Source: Dehalococcoidia bacterium | GTDB lineage: Bacteria; Chloroflexota; Dehalococcoidia; Plut-88900 | Direction: 5' to 3' | Assembly: GCA_965207225.1 (NCBI GenBank) | Contig: CBDBLV010000005.1 | Span: forward strand, 1,760,001 to 1,824,000 | DNA: 64,000 nucleotides | Part shown: in pieces, positions 39,292-48,282 of the stretch | Position numbering within the stretch: the stretch's first letter is position 1 | Layout of the letters: each line of letters begins with the position of its first letter | The notes under the pieces: generated by a model | Database searches by the model: none | Seen by the model: the letters and a program-made list of their open reading frames with translations, nothing else | What the model was told of the DNA's origin: nothing | Made by a program: the position numbers and the translations under genes

Positions 39292-39651
39292 GGTGACTGC
39301 TGTCTTCTTCAAGTATGAGGTGAAGTCATGGAGTACTCGGTTATAGTCCATCAAGCCGAAGAAGGGGGGTTCTGGGTGGAAGTTCCGGCTCTGCCGGGCT
39401 GCTACTCCCAGGGTGAGTCGGTCGAAGACACCCTGCAGAACGTAAGGGAGGCCATAGCGTTGTACCTGGAAACCTTGAGAGACGAGGGTCAGGATGCACC
39501 TAGGGATGCCGACGTAGTCTATCAAGTAAGCGTGGCAGTCTAGTCCGACCCGTGATAACCGATCCCATTCCAAAATTCACCGGCCTCCACCCGAGCCTCG
39601 GCATGGGAGAAGGCTTCTGGGGCCAAAGCCGCTACCCCCGGGCCTGGGACG
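39213..39651 (+). repeat. Perfect 74-bp direct repeat (39213-39286 and 39578-39651) flanking hicB
   Basis: Identical CACCGGCCTCCACCCGAG…GGCCTGGGACG copies, duplicating the 3' end of the amidohydrolase gene. Confidence 0.95.
39328..39543 (+). CDS. hicB: HicB family antitoxin (solo)
   Basis: EEGGFWVEVPALPGCYSQGES.E..L.N.REAI.LYLE. Confidence 0.9.
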   Translation: MEYSVIVHQAEEGGFWVEVPALPGCYSQGESVEDTLQNVREAIALYLETLRDEGQDAPRDADVVYQVSVAV

Positions 39652-39793
39652 ACTAGGATTGGCAGCCCCATTATTGCCGTATAATGCTTCTAACTCCCGC
39701 TCCCTGCATCGCAAGGCGTAAGTTATCTACTGGGGTTGTCTGCGGCAGGGCTAAAGGCATGTACGCTTCAATGTTCTTTCAGGAGGTGCACCG

Positions 39794-40978
39794 ATGATAG
39801 AAAAATTCAGTATTCTCTACGCAGGCCACGTCAACGTCGATAATCTCGGCTATGAGGGCACCCCGGCCAACGACCGCTTTCTATCCGACGAAGACCTCGC
39901 CTCAGCCCTCACCATCACCGACCAGATAGCCCAGACCGCCGACCGCCTCGGCTATCACACCCTCTGGCTCGCCGAGCACCACTTCCAGCGCGAAGGCTAC
40001 GAATGCCTCCCCAACCTCCTGCTGCAGAGCGTGCACCTGGCCCACATCACGAAGAACCTGAAGTTCGGCTGCGCGTTCAACGTTCCCCCCATGTGGAACC
40101 CCCTCCGCCTCGCCGAGGACTACGCCCTCGCCGACCACCTCACCGACGGCCGTGTAATCTTCGGCGTCGGGCGCGGATACCACACCCGGGAAGTCGAGTC
40201 CTTCGGCGCACCCATGCTCGACAGGGACGCCAACAGGGACTACTTCGAAGAGCAGGTCGAGGTCATATTCAAAGCCTTCAACAACCGCTCCTTCTCCCAC
40301 CATGGCAAGTACTTCGATATCCCCCCCAGGGTCCCCTACCGAGGCTACGAGCTTGAGGAAATAACCCTCGTCCCCCGGCCCAAGCACCTCCCCGTCGAAT
40401 GCTGGCAGCCCATAGTCAGTTCCAACCAGCGCGGCATCGACTTCATGATCAAGCACGGCATAAAGGCCATCTCGGGCGGGGGTGCTGCACCGGGCGGCGC
40501 TTCCCGGAGGGTGGTGGAGCTCTGGAGAGACTCCCTCGTCAAAGCGGGGCGTACGGATGCCCAGCTCGGAGAAGACCTGATTATCGGCGAAAAGTTCCAC
40601 ATCGCCGACAGCCGTGAGCAGGCCATAAAGGAAGCCCGACCCTACTTCGAGGAGAACACCAAGATGTTCGGCCCCCTGGGCTTTGTGGGTGGGTTGAGCG
40701 ATGAACAGAAAAAAGGCCTCGAAGACCCGACCCAGGAGCTCTGGGACAGCCTCCCGACCATCGAGGACGAGATACGCACCGGCAACTTCCTCTGCGGCAC
40801 CCCCGACCAGATAATCGAACCCCTGAAGCTGCTGGAAGAACTCTACCCCGGCCTCCGGGAAATCAACATTCAGCCCATGATTTCCACGCCCTCCCAGGTC
40901 ATTCTTGAGCAGCTTGAACGTTTCGCTGAAGAAGTAATGCCTGCCTTTATCGTCAAGCAGCCCGCCGCCGCCGGATAA
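39794..40978 (+). CDS. LLM-class flavin-dependent monooxygenase
   Basis: WLAEHHFQ.EGYE, WNPLRLAED, GVGRGY. Confidence 0.92.
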   Translation: MIEKFSILYAGHVNVDNLGYEGTPANDRFLSDEDLASALTITDQIAQTADRLGYHTLWLAEHHFQREGYECLPNLLLQSVHLAHITKNLKFGCAFNVPPMWNPLRLAEDYALADHLTDGRVIFGVGRGYHTREVESFGAPMLDRDANRDYFEEQVEVIFKAFNNRSFSHHGKYFDIPPRVPYRGYELEEITLVPRPKHLPVECWQPIVSSNQRGIDFMIKHGIKAISGGGAAPGGASRRVVELWRDSLVKAGRTDAQLGEDLIIGEKFHIADSREQAIKEARPYFEENTKMFGPLGFVGGLSDEQKKGLEDPTQELWDSLPTIEDEIRTGNFLCGTPDQIIEPLKLLEELYPGLREINIQPMISTPSQVILEQLERFAEEVMPAFIVKQPAAAG

Positions 40979-41040
40979 GTTGCCGCCAATCGAACAGACT
41001 TTGACTCCACACTGAACAGCCGTAGCAGGAGTGCCAAGGC

Positions 41041-42264
41041 ATGAAAATCTCCTACTTCCACCTGATGCCCTATCAGGACCTCCCCCGAGACTTCGAGACG
41101 AAGTACCGTAGCGCATGGGTGGACCTCCCCAACGAGCACTTTGACCCCGAAAAAGGCGGCCAGTACTACCGGGACTACATCGCCCAGCTCCAGCACGCCG
41201 ACTCCCTCGGCTTCGACGGCATATGTGTCAACGAGCACCACTGCAACGCCTACGGCCTCATGCCGTCGCCCAACCTGATGGCCAGCATCCTCACCCAGAC
41301 CACGTCCAATGCGGCGCTCATTGTTCTCGGGAACAGCCTCGCTCTCTACCAACCCCCTCTCCGCGTCGCCGAGGAGATGGCCATGCTGGACATAATGAGC
41401 AACGGCAGGCTCGTCGCAGGGTTTCCGGTGGGTACTTCCATGGACACCACCTTCTCGTACGGTCAGGTGCCACTGCAGTTGCGGGAACGCCACTCCGAAG
41501 CCCATGACCTGATCATGAAGTCCTGGTCCGAACGCAAACCCTTCGCCTTCAACGGCAAGTACACCAAGCTCCGCTACGTCAACATCTGGCCCCGACCCCT
41601 CCAGCAGCCCCACCCCCCCGTCTGGATCCCCGGCAGCGGCAGCCTCGAGACCTGGGACTGGGTCCTCAACCGCAACTACGTCTACTGCTACCTCAGCTAC
41701 TTCGGCTACCAGAGGGCCGAAAAAGTGGTCGAGGGTTACTGGAACACCGTCGCCGAACGGGGCATCGACGACAACCCCCACAGGTTCGGCTTCCTCCAGC
41801 TCGTATGCGTCTCCGAGACCGATGAGCAGGCCGAAAGAGACTACGCCGAGCACGTCAAGTACTTCTACCAGAAGATGCTCTGGATTTACCCGCCCTTCGC
41901 CGAGGCCCCCGGCTACCGCTCTATCTACTCCATGCGGAAGTCCGTCCGTGCCCAGACCGGCAAGGAAGCCGCAAAAGCGGCCCTGGAGATGGGCTGGAAG
42001 GACTACGTCGAGAAGGGCCACGTCATCGCCGGAAGCCCCAGCACCGTCCGCGAACAGCTCACCGACGCCGTGAAACGGCTCCGCATCGGCCACCTCATGT
42101 GCCTCCTCCACATCGGCAGCATGCCCGACGAAATAGCCCGCAAGAACACCGAACTCTTCGCAAAAGAGGTCATGCCGGGCATGCAGGGCATCTTCAGCGA
42201 ATACGAAGACCCCTGGTGGCCCCAGGCTCTGGGCAAGCCCGCAGCCGCGCCGGTGGTCGGGTAG
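41041..42264 (+). CDS. LLM-class flavin-dependent monooxygenase
   Basis: NEHH, PLRVAEE.AMLD..GRL, PRPLQQPHPPVW. Confidence 0.92.
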   Translation: MKISYFHLMPYQDLPRDFETKYRSAWVDLPNEHFDPEKGGQYYRDYIAQLQHADSLGFDGICVNEHHCNAYGLMPSPNLMASILTQTTSNAALIVLGNSLALYQPPLRVAEEMAMLDIMSNGRLVAGFPVGTSMDTTFSYGQVPLQLRERHSEAHDLIMKSWSERKPFAFNGKYTKLRYVNIWPRPLQQPHPPVWIPGSGSLETWDWVLNRNYVYCYLSYFGYQRAEKVVEGYWNTVAERGIDDNPHRFGFLQLVCVSETDEQAERDYAEHVKYFYQKMLWIYPPFAEAPGYRSIYSMRKSVRAQTGKEAAKAALEMGWKDYVEKGHVIAGSPSTVREQLTDAVKRLRIGHLMCLLHIGSMPDEIARKNTELFAKEVMPGMQGIFSEYEDPWWPQALGKPAAAPVVG

Positions 42265-42277
42265 AGAGTTTCGGAGA

Positions 42278-43078
42278 ATGGCGTTGGTGGACTTTAGGGA
42301 GTCAATGTTCTCCCTGCGAAAGGGAAAGTTCGATATCCAGATGGTCGATGGCGGCTCGGGCCCCGACCTCCTCTACCTCCACGGCGAACAGGGCTTCTCT
42401 GGCTGGGCACCTTTCCTCGACTCCCTCGCCGAGACCTTCCACGTCTACGCTCCCGCCCACCCGGGCGTCGGCGATTCCGTTGGCCTGGAAGGGCTTGACG
42501 ACCTTTGGGACCTCGTCCTCTTCTACGAAGAGTTGATGACTGCGTTGGGAATCGAAGGCGCAGCCGTCATCGGCCACTCCTACGGCGGCATGGTGGCCGC
42601 GGAGCTGGCGGCCCACCGCAAGGGCCTTGTGTCCCGGATGGCGCTCGTTTCCTCCCTGGGCCTGTGGCTCGACGAATCCCCCACCCTCGACTTCTTCACC
42701 CTCACCCCTTCCGAGGAAGCCAGGACCTTCTGGTTCGACCCCGAGTACCAGGCCGCAAAATCAACCTTTGTCATGCCCGACGACCCCGAAGCCCGGCAAG
42801 AGGCCATGATCGAACGGGCCAAGACCCTCTCCTCCATCGGTAAGTTCATCTGGCCCATACCCGACCGCGGCCTGCCGAAACGGGCCCACCGCATTGATGT
42901 CCCGACCCTCCTTGTTTGGGGAGACTCCGATGCCGTCGTCCCGCCCGAGTACGCCGAGGCATTCCGCACCCTCATTCCCGGCGCCGAGCTCGACATCATT
43001 GACAACTGCGGCCACCTGCCCCAATACGAACGCCCCGACCGATTCGTCATTTCCGTCGCTTCGTTCCTGAGCCGCTAG
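42278..43078 (+). CDS. Alpha/beta fold hydrolase
   Basis: LHG, GHSYG nucleophile elbow, WG.SD, CGH. Confidence 0.92.
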   Translation: MALVDFRESMFSLRKGKFDIQMVDGGSGPDLLYLHGEQGFSGWAPFLDSLAETFHVYAPAHPGVGDSVGLEGLDDLWDLVLFYEELMTALGIEGAAVIGHSYGGMVAAELAAHRKGLVSRMALVSSLGLWLDESPTLDFFTLTPSEEARTFWFDPEYQAAKSTFVMPDDPEARQEAMIERAKTLSSIGKFIWPIPDRGLPKRAHRIDVPTLLVWGDSDAVVPPEYAEAFRTLIPGAELDIIDNCGHLPQYERPDRFVISVASFLSR

Positions 43079-43095
43079 ACCCAAGGAGATTCAGA

Positions 43096-44217
43096 ATGGG
43101 CAGCTACCAGGTAATTTCCTCCGATTCACACATCATGGAGACCCCTGACCTCTGGTCGGAGAGGATAGATAGCCGGTTCAGGGAGAGGGCCCCCAGGGTC
43201 GTTTCGGAGGAGAATGGCGACTGGTGGTACATAGACGGCCACCGCACCAACTCCTTCCAGGGCGGTTCTTTCGCCGGTGTGCGGTTCGATAGGCCGGAAG
43301 ACCTCAAAATGTACGCTCGCTGGGAGGAAGTGAGACCCGGGGCCTTCAGCGTGGACGCAAGGCTCAAAGATCTGGACGTGGATGGCGTCGACGGTGAAGT
43401 TCTATACCCTACCGAGGGCCTGCTGGTCTACAACGCCGGTGACCCGGAGCTATTGACGGCAGTTTGCACCGCGTACAACGACGCCATAGCCGAGTTTTGC
43501 AGCCCCGCTCCCGACCGCCTCAAGGGCATCGCCATGATCAACGTCGATGATATCGATAGTGCGGTCAAGGAGATGCACAGGAGCCGCAGGATGGGATTGG
43601 TCGGGGCCATGATTACCGTCTACCCCCCCGAGGACAAGTCCTACGACCGGCCCGAGTACGAACCCTTCTGGTCTGCAGCAGAGGAGTTGGGAATGCCCCT
43701 CAGCCTCCACGTAGCCACCGGGAGGCCGGGGCCCGGGCAGGAGTTCCAGGACCCGACCAACGTCCGCCCCGCATTCTTCGCCACCGCCGACTACTGGGTC
43801 CGGGTCTCCCTCGCCCACATGGTCTTCTCCGGAGTCTTCGAGCGACACCCCGACCTGAAAGTCATATCGGTCGAACACGAGGTTGCATGGGCACCCTTTT
43901 TCATTGAGCTTCTGGACTACACCTACACCCAGCGCGCCCACCGGGGCCCGGGCTGGGACCGCTTCAAGGCGGGTGTCTTGCCCAGCCACTTCTTCCGCTC
44001 CAACATCCTCATCAGCTTCCAGGAAGACGGCCGCGGCATCAAGGACCGCGACGCCATAGGCGTCGACAATCTCATGTGGGGCTCCGACTATCCCCACACC
44101 GAGTCAACCTTCCCCAGGTCCCGCCAGATCCTCGACGAAATCCTCGCCGGCGTCCCCGACGACGAAAAGGCCAAAATCGCCGGCGGCAACGCCGCCCGAC
44201 TCTACAACTTCAACTAA
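43096..44217 (+). CDS. Amidohydrolase (Amidohydro_2) family
   Basis: ISSDSH, LSLH, GVFERHP.LK, WGSDYPH. Confidence 0.92.
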   Translation: MGSYQVISSDSHIMETPDLWSERIDSRFRERAPRVVSEENGDWWYIDGHRTNSFQGGSFAGVRFDRPEDLKMYARWEEVRPGAFSVDARLKDLDVDGVDGEVLYPTEGLLVYNAGDPELLTAVCTAYNDAIAEFCSPAPDRLKGIAMINVDDIDSAVKEMHRSRRMGLVGAMITVYPPEDKSYDRPEYEPFWSAAEELGMPLSLHVATGRPGPGQEFQDPTNVRPAFFATADYWVRVSLAHMVFSGVFERHPDLKVISVEHEVAWAPFFIELLDYTYTQRAHRGPGWDRFKAGVLPSHFFRSNILISFQEDGRGIKDRDAIGVDNLMWGSDYPHTESTFPRSRQILDEILAGVPDDEKAKIAGGNAARLYNFN

Positions 44218-44300
44218 CCCTCCTCCTCTCCCTTACAGGCCCTAAGAGCCTGCCCCGAGTCCCTCGAGGGGGAGAGGGGGACCAAGGGGCTGAGAGCTCC
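44218..44300 (+). repeat. Variant copy of hairpin B (CCTCTCCCTTA..GGCCCTAAG[insert]GGGAGAGGGGGACCAAGGGG)
   Basis: Matches 45888-45942 and RC of 56636-56690, with a ~22-bp palindromic insert. Confidence 0.75.
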
Positions 44301-44347
44301 CCCTGGGGGCCGGGGGAAAAATCTCCCCGAAATGCTCCCAAAGCCTC

Positions 44348-44375
44348 TTGACTACTGCCATATACGTTCTATACT
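44348..44375 (+). promoter_or_regulatory. Putative sigma70 promoter TTGACT-16-TATACT
   Basis: Near-consensus; homologous context repeated at 56564-56592(-). Confidence 0.6.
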
Positions 44376-44389
44376 AACGTTCAGACCTA

Positions 44390-45727
44390 ATGTCTACATC
44401 CAAACTTCACAACAAGACCTTGTCAAACAGGGGGCCCGCCAGAACGGGCCCCTGCCGCCCCCAAAAAGGGGCGCCTGCTCAAGAGGCGGTTGGTCTCCTC
44501 AAGCCCGACCCCCTCGCGGATGCCCGCGGCCGCAGACCGCGGAAGAACCCCCGTACCCGGGCCGCCTGCCAGGGTGCGGATGCCTGCGGCACTGAGCCGC
44601 GGAAGAATGCCCGCTCCGCCTCACCGGGCGTAGAAGCGGATGCCTGCGGCACCGGGCCGCGGAAGAGTCCCCACTCCGCCTTACCGGGCGTAGAAGCGGA
44701 TGCCTGCGGCACCGGGCCGCGGAAGAACCCCCGCTCCGCCTTACCGGGTGTAGAAGCGGATGCCTGCGGTGCTGCGCCGCGGAAGAGTCCCCGTACCCAG
44801 GCCACCTACCAGGGCACGGATGCCCGCGGCTCCAGACCGCGGAAGACTTCCCGCCCCGTCGGGCGCGGCCGAAGGCCCAGGGGCCGACGCCCCAACCGAC
44901 GCCGCTCCCTGTCCCATGTCCCCGCCTCCCTGCCCCGATTGTCTACCGACAGCCCGGACATCGGAGGCGAAATCGCCCTCCTCCGCTCGTTGACCAACCG
45001 CCTCTTGAGCATGCGTCCCCTCGACTACACCCAGATCAACCGATGCCTCCGACTCATCATCCGCGCTTACTCCGCCCGGGCCAAAGCCCCCAAACAGCTC
45101 ACCGACGAAGAGCAAATCGACAACCTCATCAAGAAGGTCTTCCAGGACAACGTAGACAGGGGTGACCTCGACTTCCGAGACCTCGTCCCCGTCCGCATGG
45201 CCCGGCCTGGCGACAAGTGGTGGCCCTGGAGAATGCTCCTCCCCCTGAAGGACCGCTGGCGCTACGGCCTCATCGACCCCGACGAACCCTGGCCCCAGGA
45301 AGAAAACCAAAGGCTCGCGGAGAGCGAGGCCATGCAGAAGTTCATCGCCGAAGCCTACCTCAACCCCGACTTACTCAAAGGCCTCGACACCGAAGACGAG
45401 GACCCGGACCCCGATGACGAAGACGACGACTATGACCCCGATGATGACGAACCCGACGACGATGAAGACCCCGACACCCTCCCCTCCCCCGTAGGGGTGC
45501 CCCTCGTGGGTACCCTGGACGCCACCCACATCGATACCCTCCCCTCCCCCATCTCCGTCATTCCCGACCCCGATCGGGAATCCATCCCCGGCGGTGGGGC
45601 CGCTCACGCTGAGGCCCTCGAAGTACGAGCGGGGGGAGGCCCGCATACCACCGACCCGTCACCCCATAACGAAGACCCACCCCCACCTCCCCAACCCCGC
45701 ATCGCCCGGGGCCGCCCCCCTCCCTGA
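44390..45727 (+). CDS. Hypothetical protein: basic N-terminal 20-aa repeats, helical core (DIGGEIALLRSL), acidic tract, REP-derived tail
   Basis: 445-aa ORF right behind a promoter; core 44950-45380 looks genuinely coding. Confidence 0.55.
   Translation: MSTSKLHNKTLSNRGPARTGPCRPQKGAPAQEAVGLLKPDPLADARGRRPRKNPRTRAACQGADACGTEPRKNARSASPGVEADACGTGPRKSPHSALPGVEADACGTGPRKNPRSALPGVEADACGAAPRKSPRTQATYQGTDARGSRPRKTSRPVGRGRRPRGRRPNRRRSLSHVPASLPRLSTDSPDIGGEIALLRSLTNRLLSMRPLDYTQINRCLRLIIRAYSARAKAPKQLTDEEQIDNLIKKVFQDNVDRGDLDFRDLVPVRMARPGDKWWPWRMLLPLKDRWRYGLIDPDEPWPQEENQRLAESEAMQKFIAEAYLNPDLLKGLDTEDEDPDPDDEDDDYDPDDDEPDDDEDPDTLPSPVGVPLVGTLDATHIDTLPSPISVIPDPDRESIPGGGAAHAEALEVRAGGGPHTTDPSPHNEDPPPPPQPRIARGRPPP
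44516..44851 (+). repeat. 60-bp tandem repeat, ~5.6 copies
   Basis: GCGGATGCC(T/C)GCGG..CCGCGGAAGA at 44516, 44576, 44636, 44696, 44756 and 44816. Confidence 0.95.
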
Positions 45728-45820
45728 CCCCCTCCGTCATCCCGCCCCCGAGCCGGCTGCAAGATGCGCCCACGGCGTGAATCCATCCTCGCCCCTTCCT
45801 TATGCGTCATCCCCTCCCTT

Positions 45821-45942
45821 CTCCCCAGTATTAAACTAGAGGCAGACGTTGGCGCTTCAGCGCCAACCTCTGCCTCTGTTCTTCCTTCCCCCTCTCCCTT
45901 AAAGGCCCTAAGGGAGAGGGGGATAAAGGGGGTGAGGGTTCC
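45821..45942 (+). repeat. ~120-bp double-hairpin dispersed element (copy 1)
   Basis: Hairpin A 45838-45877, hairpin B 45888-45922; homologous to RC of 56636-56756. Confidence 0.9.
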
Positions 45943-46041
45943 TGTTCCTATCCCGCTCCTTAAACAATCAAACCCACGCCTGAAACCCCAAAACAATCAA
46001 AATCCCACCCCCTGCAGTAGGGGACACTCAAGGCTGCAGCG

Positions 46042-46299
46042 CTACACCCCTTCTGGCCGGCGCGCCAGCGCAGCCTCGATAGCAGACACCAGCGCCATCG
46101 CCGACTCCGGCGTCAGCTCAACGGCAACCCTAGCGCTCATCCCCCTGTCCTCGTTCATAAAGCTGATGTTCAGGGAGTGCTCCATCGGCAGGTGATAGGG
46201 GTGGTCATAGGCAACGCTGGCCTCCTTCAGCGGAAACCACCCCTGCTGCCCCTTCCCGCTCCCCGACACCGCAACCTTCTCGACAATCATCGTGCACAT
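46042..46299 (-). CDS. Small conserved protein (DUF6295-like)
   Basis: MCT…GSGKG..GWF…YDHP.H…ARVAVEL; follows the dienelactone hydrolase. Confidence 0.7.
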   Translation of the reverse strand: MCTMIVEKVAVSGSGKGQQGWFPLKEASVAYDHPYHLPMEHSLNISFMNEDRGMSARVAVELTPESAMALVSAIEAALARRPEGV

Positions 46300-46345
46300 G
46301 TTTCTCTCCAGCTTGGCTGAATCAGGCGTCGAACAACAGCGGCCG

Positions 46346-47101
46346 CTAGCCCAGGTGCTTCCCGAAGAACTCCCAGATCTTGCCCCAGCCATCGACTGCG
46401 TGCTCGGCGCGGTAGGCCGGGCGGTGGTAGTAGAAGAACCCGTGGCCCGCGTTCGGATACCTGTGGAACTCGTAGTCCTTGCCGTGCTTCTTAAGCTCGG
46501 CCTCGTGGATGTCCACCTGCTCCAGCGTCGGAGACTGGTCCTCCTCCCCGAACAGCCCGAGGACCGGGCACGACACGTTCGCCGTGTAGTCGATAGGCGC
46601 CACGGGGTTCTTGTCATTCAGCTGGTCGGGCGTCATCACCACCTGCCCGCCCCAGCAGTCCACCGCCGCATCAAACCCCGACTCCCGTCCCACCGTCAGC
46701 ATCACATGTCGCCCCCCGGAGCACGTCCCGAACACCCCGACCTTGCCATTGTGATAAGGCAGGGCCCTCAGTTGCCTCATTGCCCCCACTATATCCCCGA
46801 CAGCCTGGTCGTCGGGGACTCCCCCGTCTCCCCACACCCTCGCCCCCACGTCTTCCGGGTCGCCGTGACCCTCACGGTGATACAGGTTCGGAGAAATCGA
46901 TAGGTAGCCGTGGTGAGCGAACCGGCGCGTGGCCTCTCGATACCACTCGTCCCAGCCGGGCAGGTGGTGGATCAGCACCACACCCGGGAACGGCCCACTT
47001 CCCAGCGGCCGAGCAAAGTACGCGTTGATGGCATCCCCGTTGTGGCCCTGCATGGTTATGGTCTCGGCCAGCATCCCTTCGTACATATCGGTGGTATACA
47101 T
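46346..47101 (-). CDS. Dienelactone hydrolase family
   Basis: GTCSGG nucleophile, GEEDQ, AGHGF. Confidence 0.9.
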   Translation of the reverse strand: MYTTDMYEGMLAETITMQGHNGDAINAYFARPLGSGPFPGVVLIHHLPGWDEWYREATRRFAHHGYLSISPNLYHREGHGDPEDVGARVWGDGGVPDDQAVGDIVGAMRQLRALPYHNGKVGVFGTCSGGRHVMLTVGRESGFDAAVDCWGGQVVMTPDQLNDKNPVAPIDYTANVSCPVLGLFGEEDQSPTLEQVDIHEAELKKHGKDYEFHRYPNAGHGFFYYHRPAYRAEHAVDGWGKIWEFFGKHLG

Positions 47102-47364
47102 GATTATCCTCCTGTTTAGCCCCTCGGCTATCTCTTTACCGGGTAGTTTGACAGTAGTGCACTTGGTCGAGCCTCTCTGCAGTCAGGCAAAGCACCGTCG
47201 ATTTTAGTGACATTTCTCCCCATGGGTTGGACTTGCGCCTCAGGGACATTCTATAGATAGCAAGGCTGCGCAACAATAAGGTAGCGAGGTGTGTGGTGGC
47301 GCAGTGTGCCTTGGACGGCTAAGATTGACACCCTGGAATCGAGGCAAATCATAAAGGCAAAACA

Positions 47365-48282
47365 TTGCAATTAGGCATGGTCGGCCTTGGCCGCATGGGC
47401 GCCAACATGGCGCTGCGCCTCATGCGAGGCGGCCACAACATAGTCGCCTATGACCCTGACCCCGATGCCGTACGCTACGTCGAAACCGAGGGCGCCGCAG
47501 GCGTCGGCTCGCTATCCGAGTTGGTAGGCTGGTTGCCCCGGCTCCGCGCCGTATGGTTGATGACCCCCGCCGGAGACCCAACCGAGACCACGGTCCGCAC
47601 CCTCTCGGAGCTCCTCTCCCCCGGAGATATCGTGGTAGACGGTGGCAACGCCTTCTATAAGGACAGCATCCGACGTTCCGGGCTCTTGAAGGAGAAGGGC
47701 ATACACTTTCTGGACGTCGGTACCAGTGGAGGAGTCTGGGGTCTCGAAGAAGGCTACTGCCTGATGGTCGGCGGCAACGAGTCCACATACAAGACCATGC
47801 TTCCTGCCCTCCAGACCCTTGCCCCAACTGGAGGTGTTGGGCTGGGGCATGTCGGGCCTGCAGGCTCGGGCCACTTCGTCAAAATGGTCCATAACGCTGT
47901 CGAATATGGCCTCATGCAAGCCTACGCCGAAGGCTTCGAATTGATGTCGGCCAGCGACAAATTCGAAATAGACCTCGAGCAAGTGGCCGAAATCTGGCGA
48001 TACGGCAGCGTAGTCCGCTCCTGGTTGCTGGACCTGACCGCCCGAGCCCTGAAGGAAGACCCGGACCTGGAAGGCATAAGGGCTTACGTAGAGGACACTG
48101 GCGAGGGTCGCTGGGCGGTCCAGGAGTCGGTCGACTTATCGGTGCCCGTACCCGTCATTGCCGCTTCGCTCCAGGCCCGCTTCCGTTCCCGGCAGGATGG
48201 GCCCCTGGGGGCCAGGCTATTGGCTGCCCTGCGCAAGGAGTTTGGTGGACACCAGGTCTTGAAGTCGAATACCGAAGGATGA
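47365..48282 (+). CDS. gnd: 6-phosphogluconate dehydrogenase (decarboxylating, short type)
   Basis: GLGRMG, DGGN, GTSGG, GHFVKMVHN..EYG, DTGEGRW, FGGH. Confidence 0.93.
   Translation: MQLGMVGLGRMGANMALRLMRGGHNIVAYDPDPDAVRYVETEGAAGVGSLSELVGWLPRLRAVWLMTPAGDPTETTVRTLSELLSPGDIVVDGGNAFYKDSIRRSGLLKEKGIHFLDVGTSGGVWGLEEGYCLMVGGNESTYKTMLPALQTLAPTGGVGLGHVGPAGSGHFVKMVHNAVEYGLMQAYAEGFELMSASDKFEIDLEQVAEIWRYGSVVRSWLLDLTARALKEDPDLEGIRAYVEDTGEGRWAVQESVDLSVPVPVIAASLQARFRSRQDGPLGARLLAALRKEFGGHQVLKSNTEG

Noticed and set aside
44355-44385. LexA (GAAC-N4-GTTC) boxes at the cassette promoters (also 56555-56590)
   Set aside because: Only GTTC half-sites; the other half is too degenerate to call
44516-44851. CRISPR array
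   Set aside because: The 'spacers' are near-identical to each other, the period is exactly 60 bp in frame, the repeats are degenerate, and no cas genes are present
45391-45473. GACGAC/GATGAC micro-repeats
   Set aside because: Explained by a low-complexity Asp/Glu/Pro tract of the ORF
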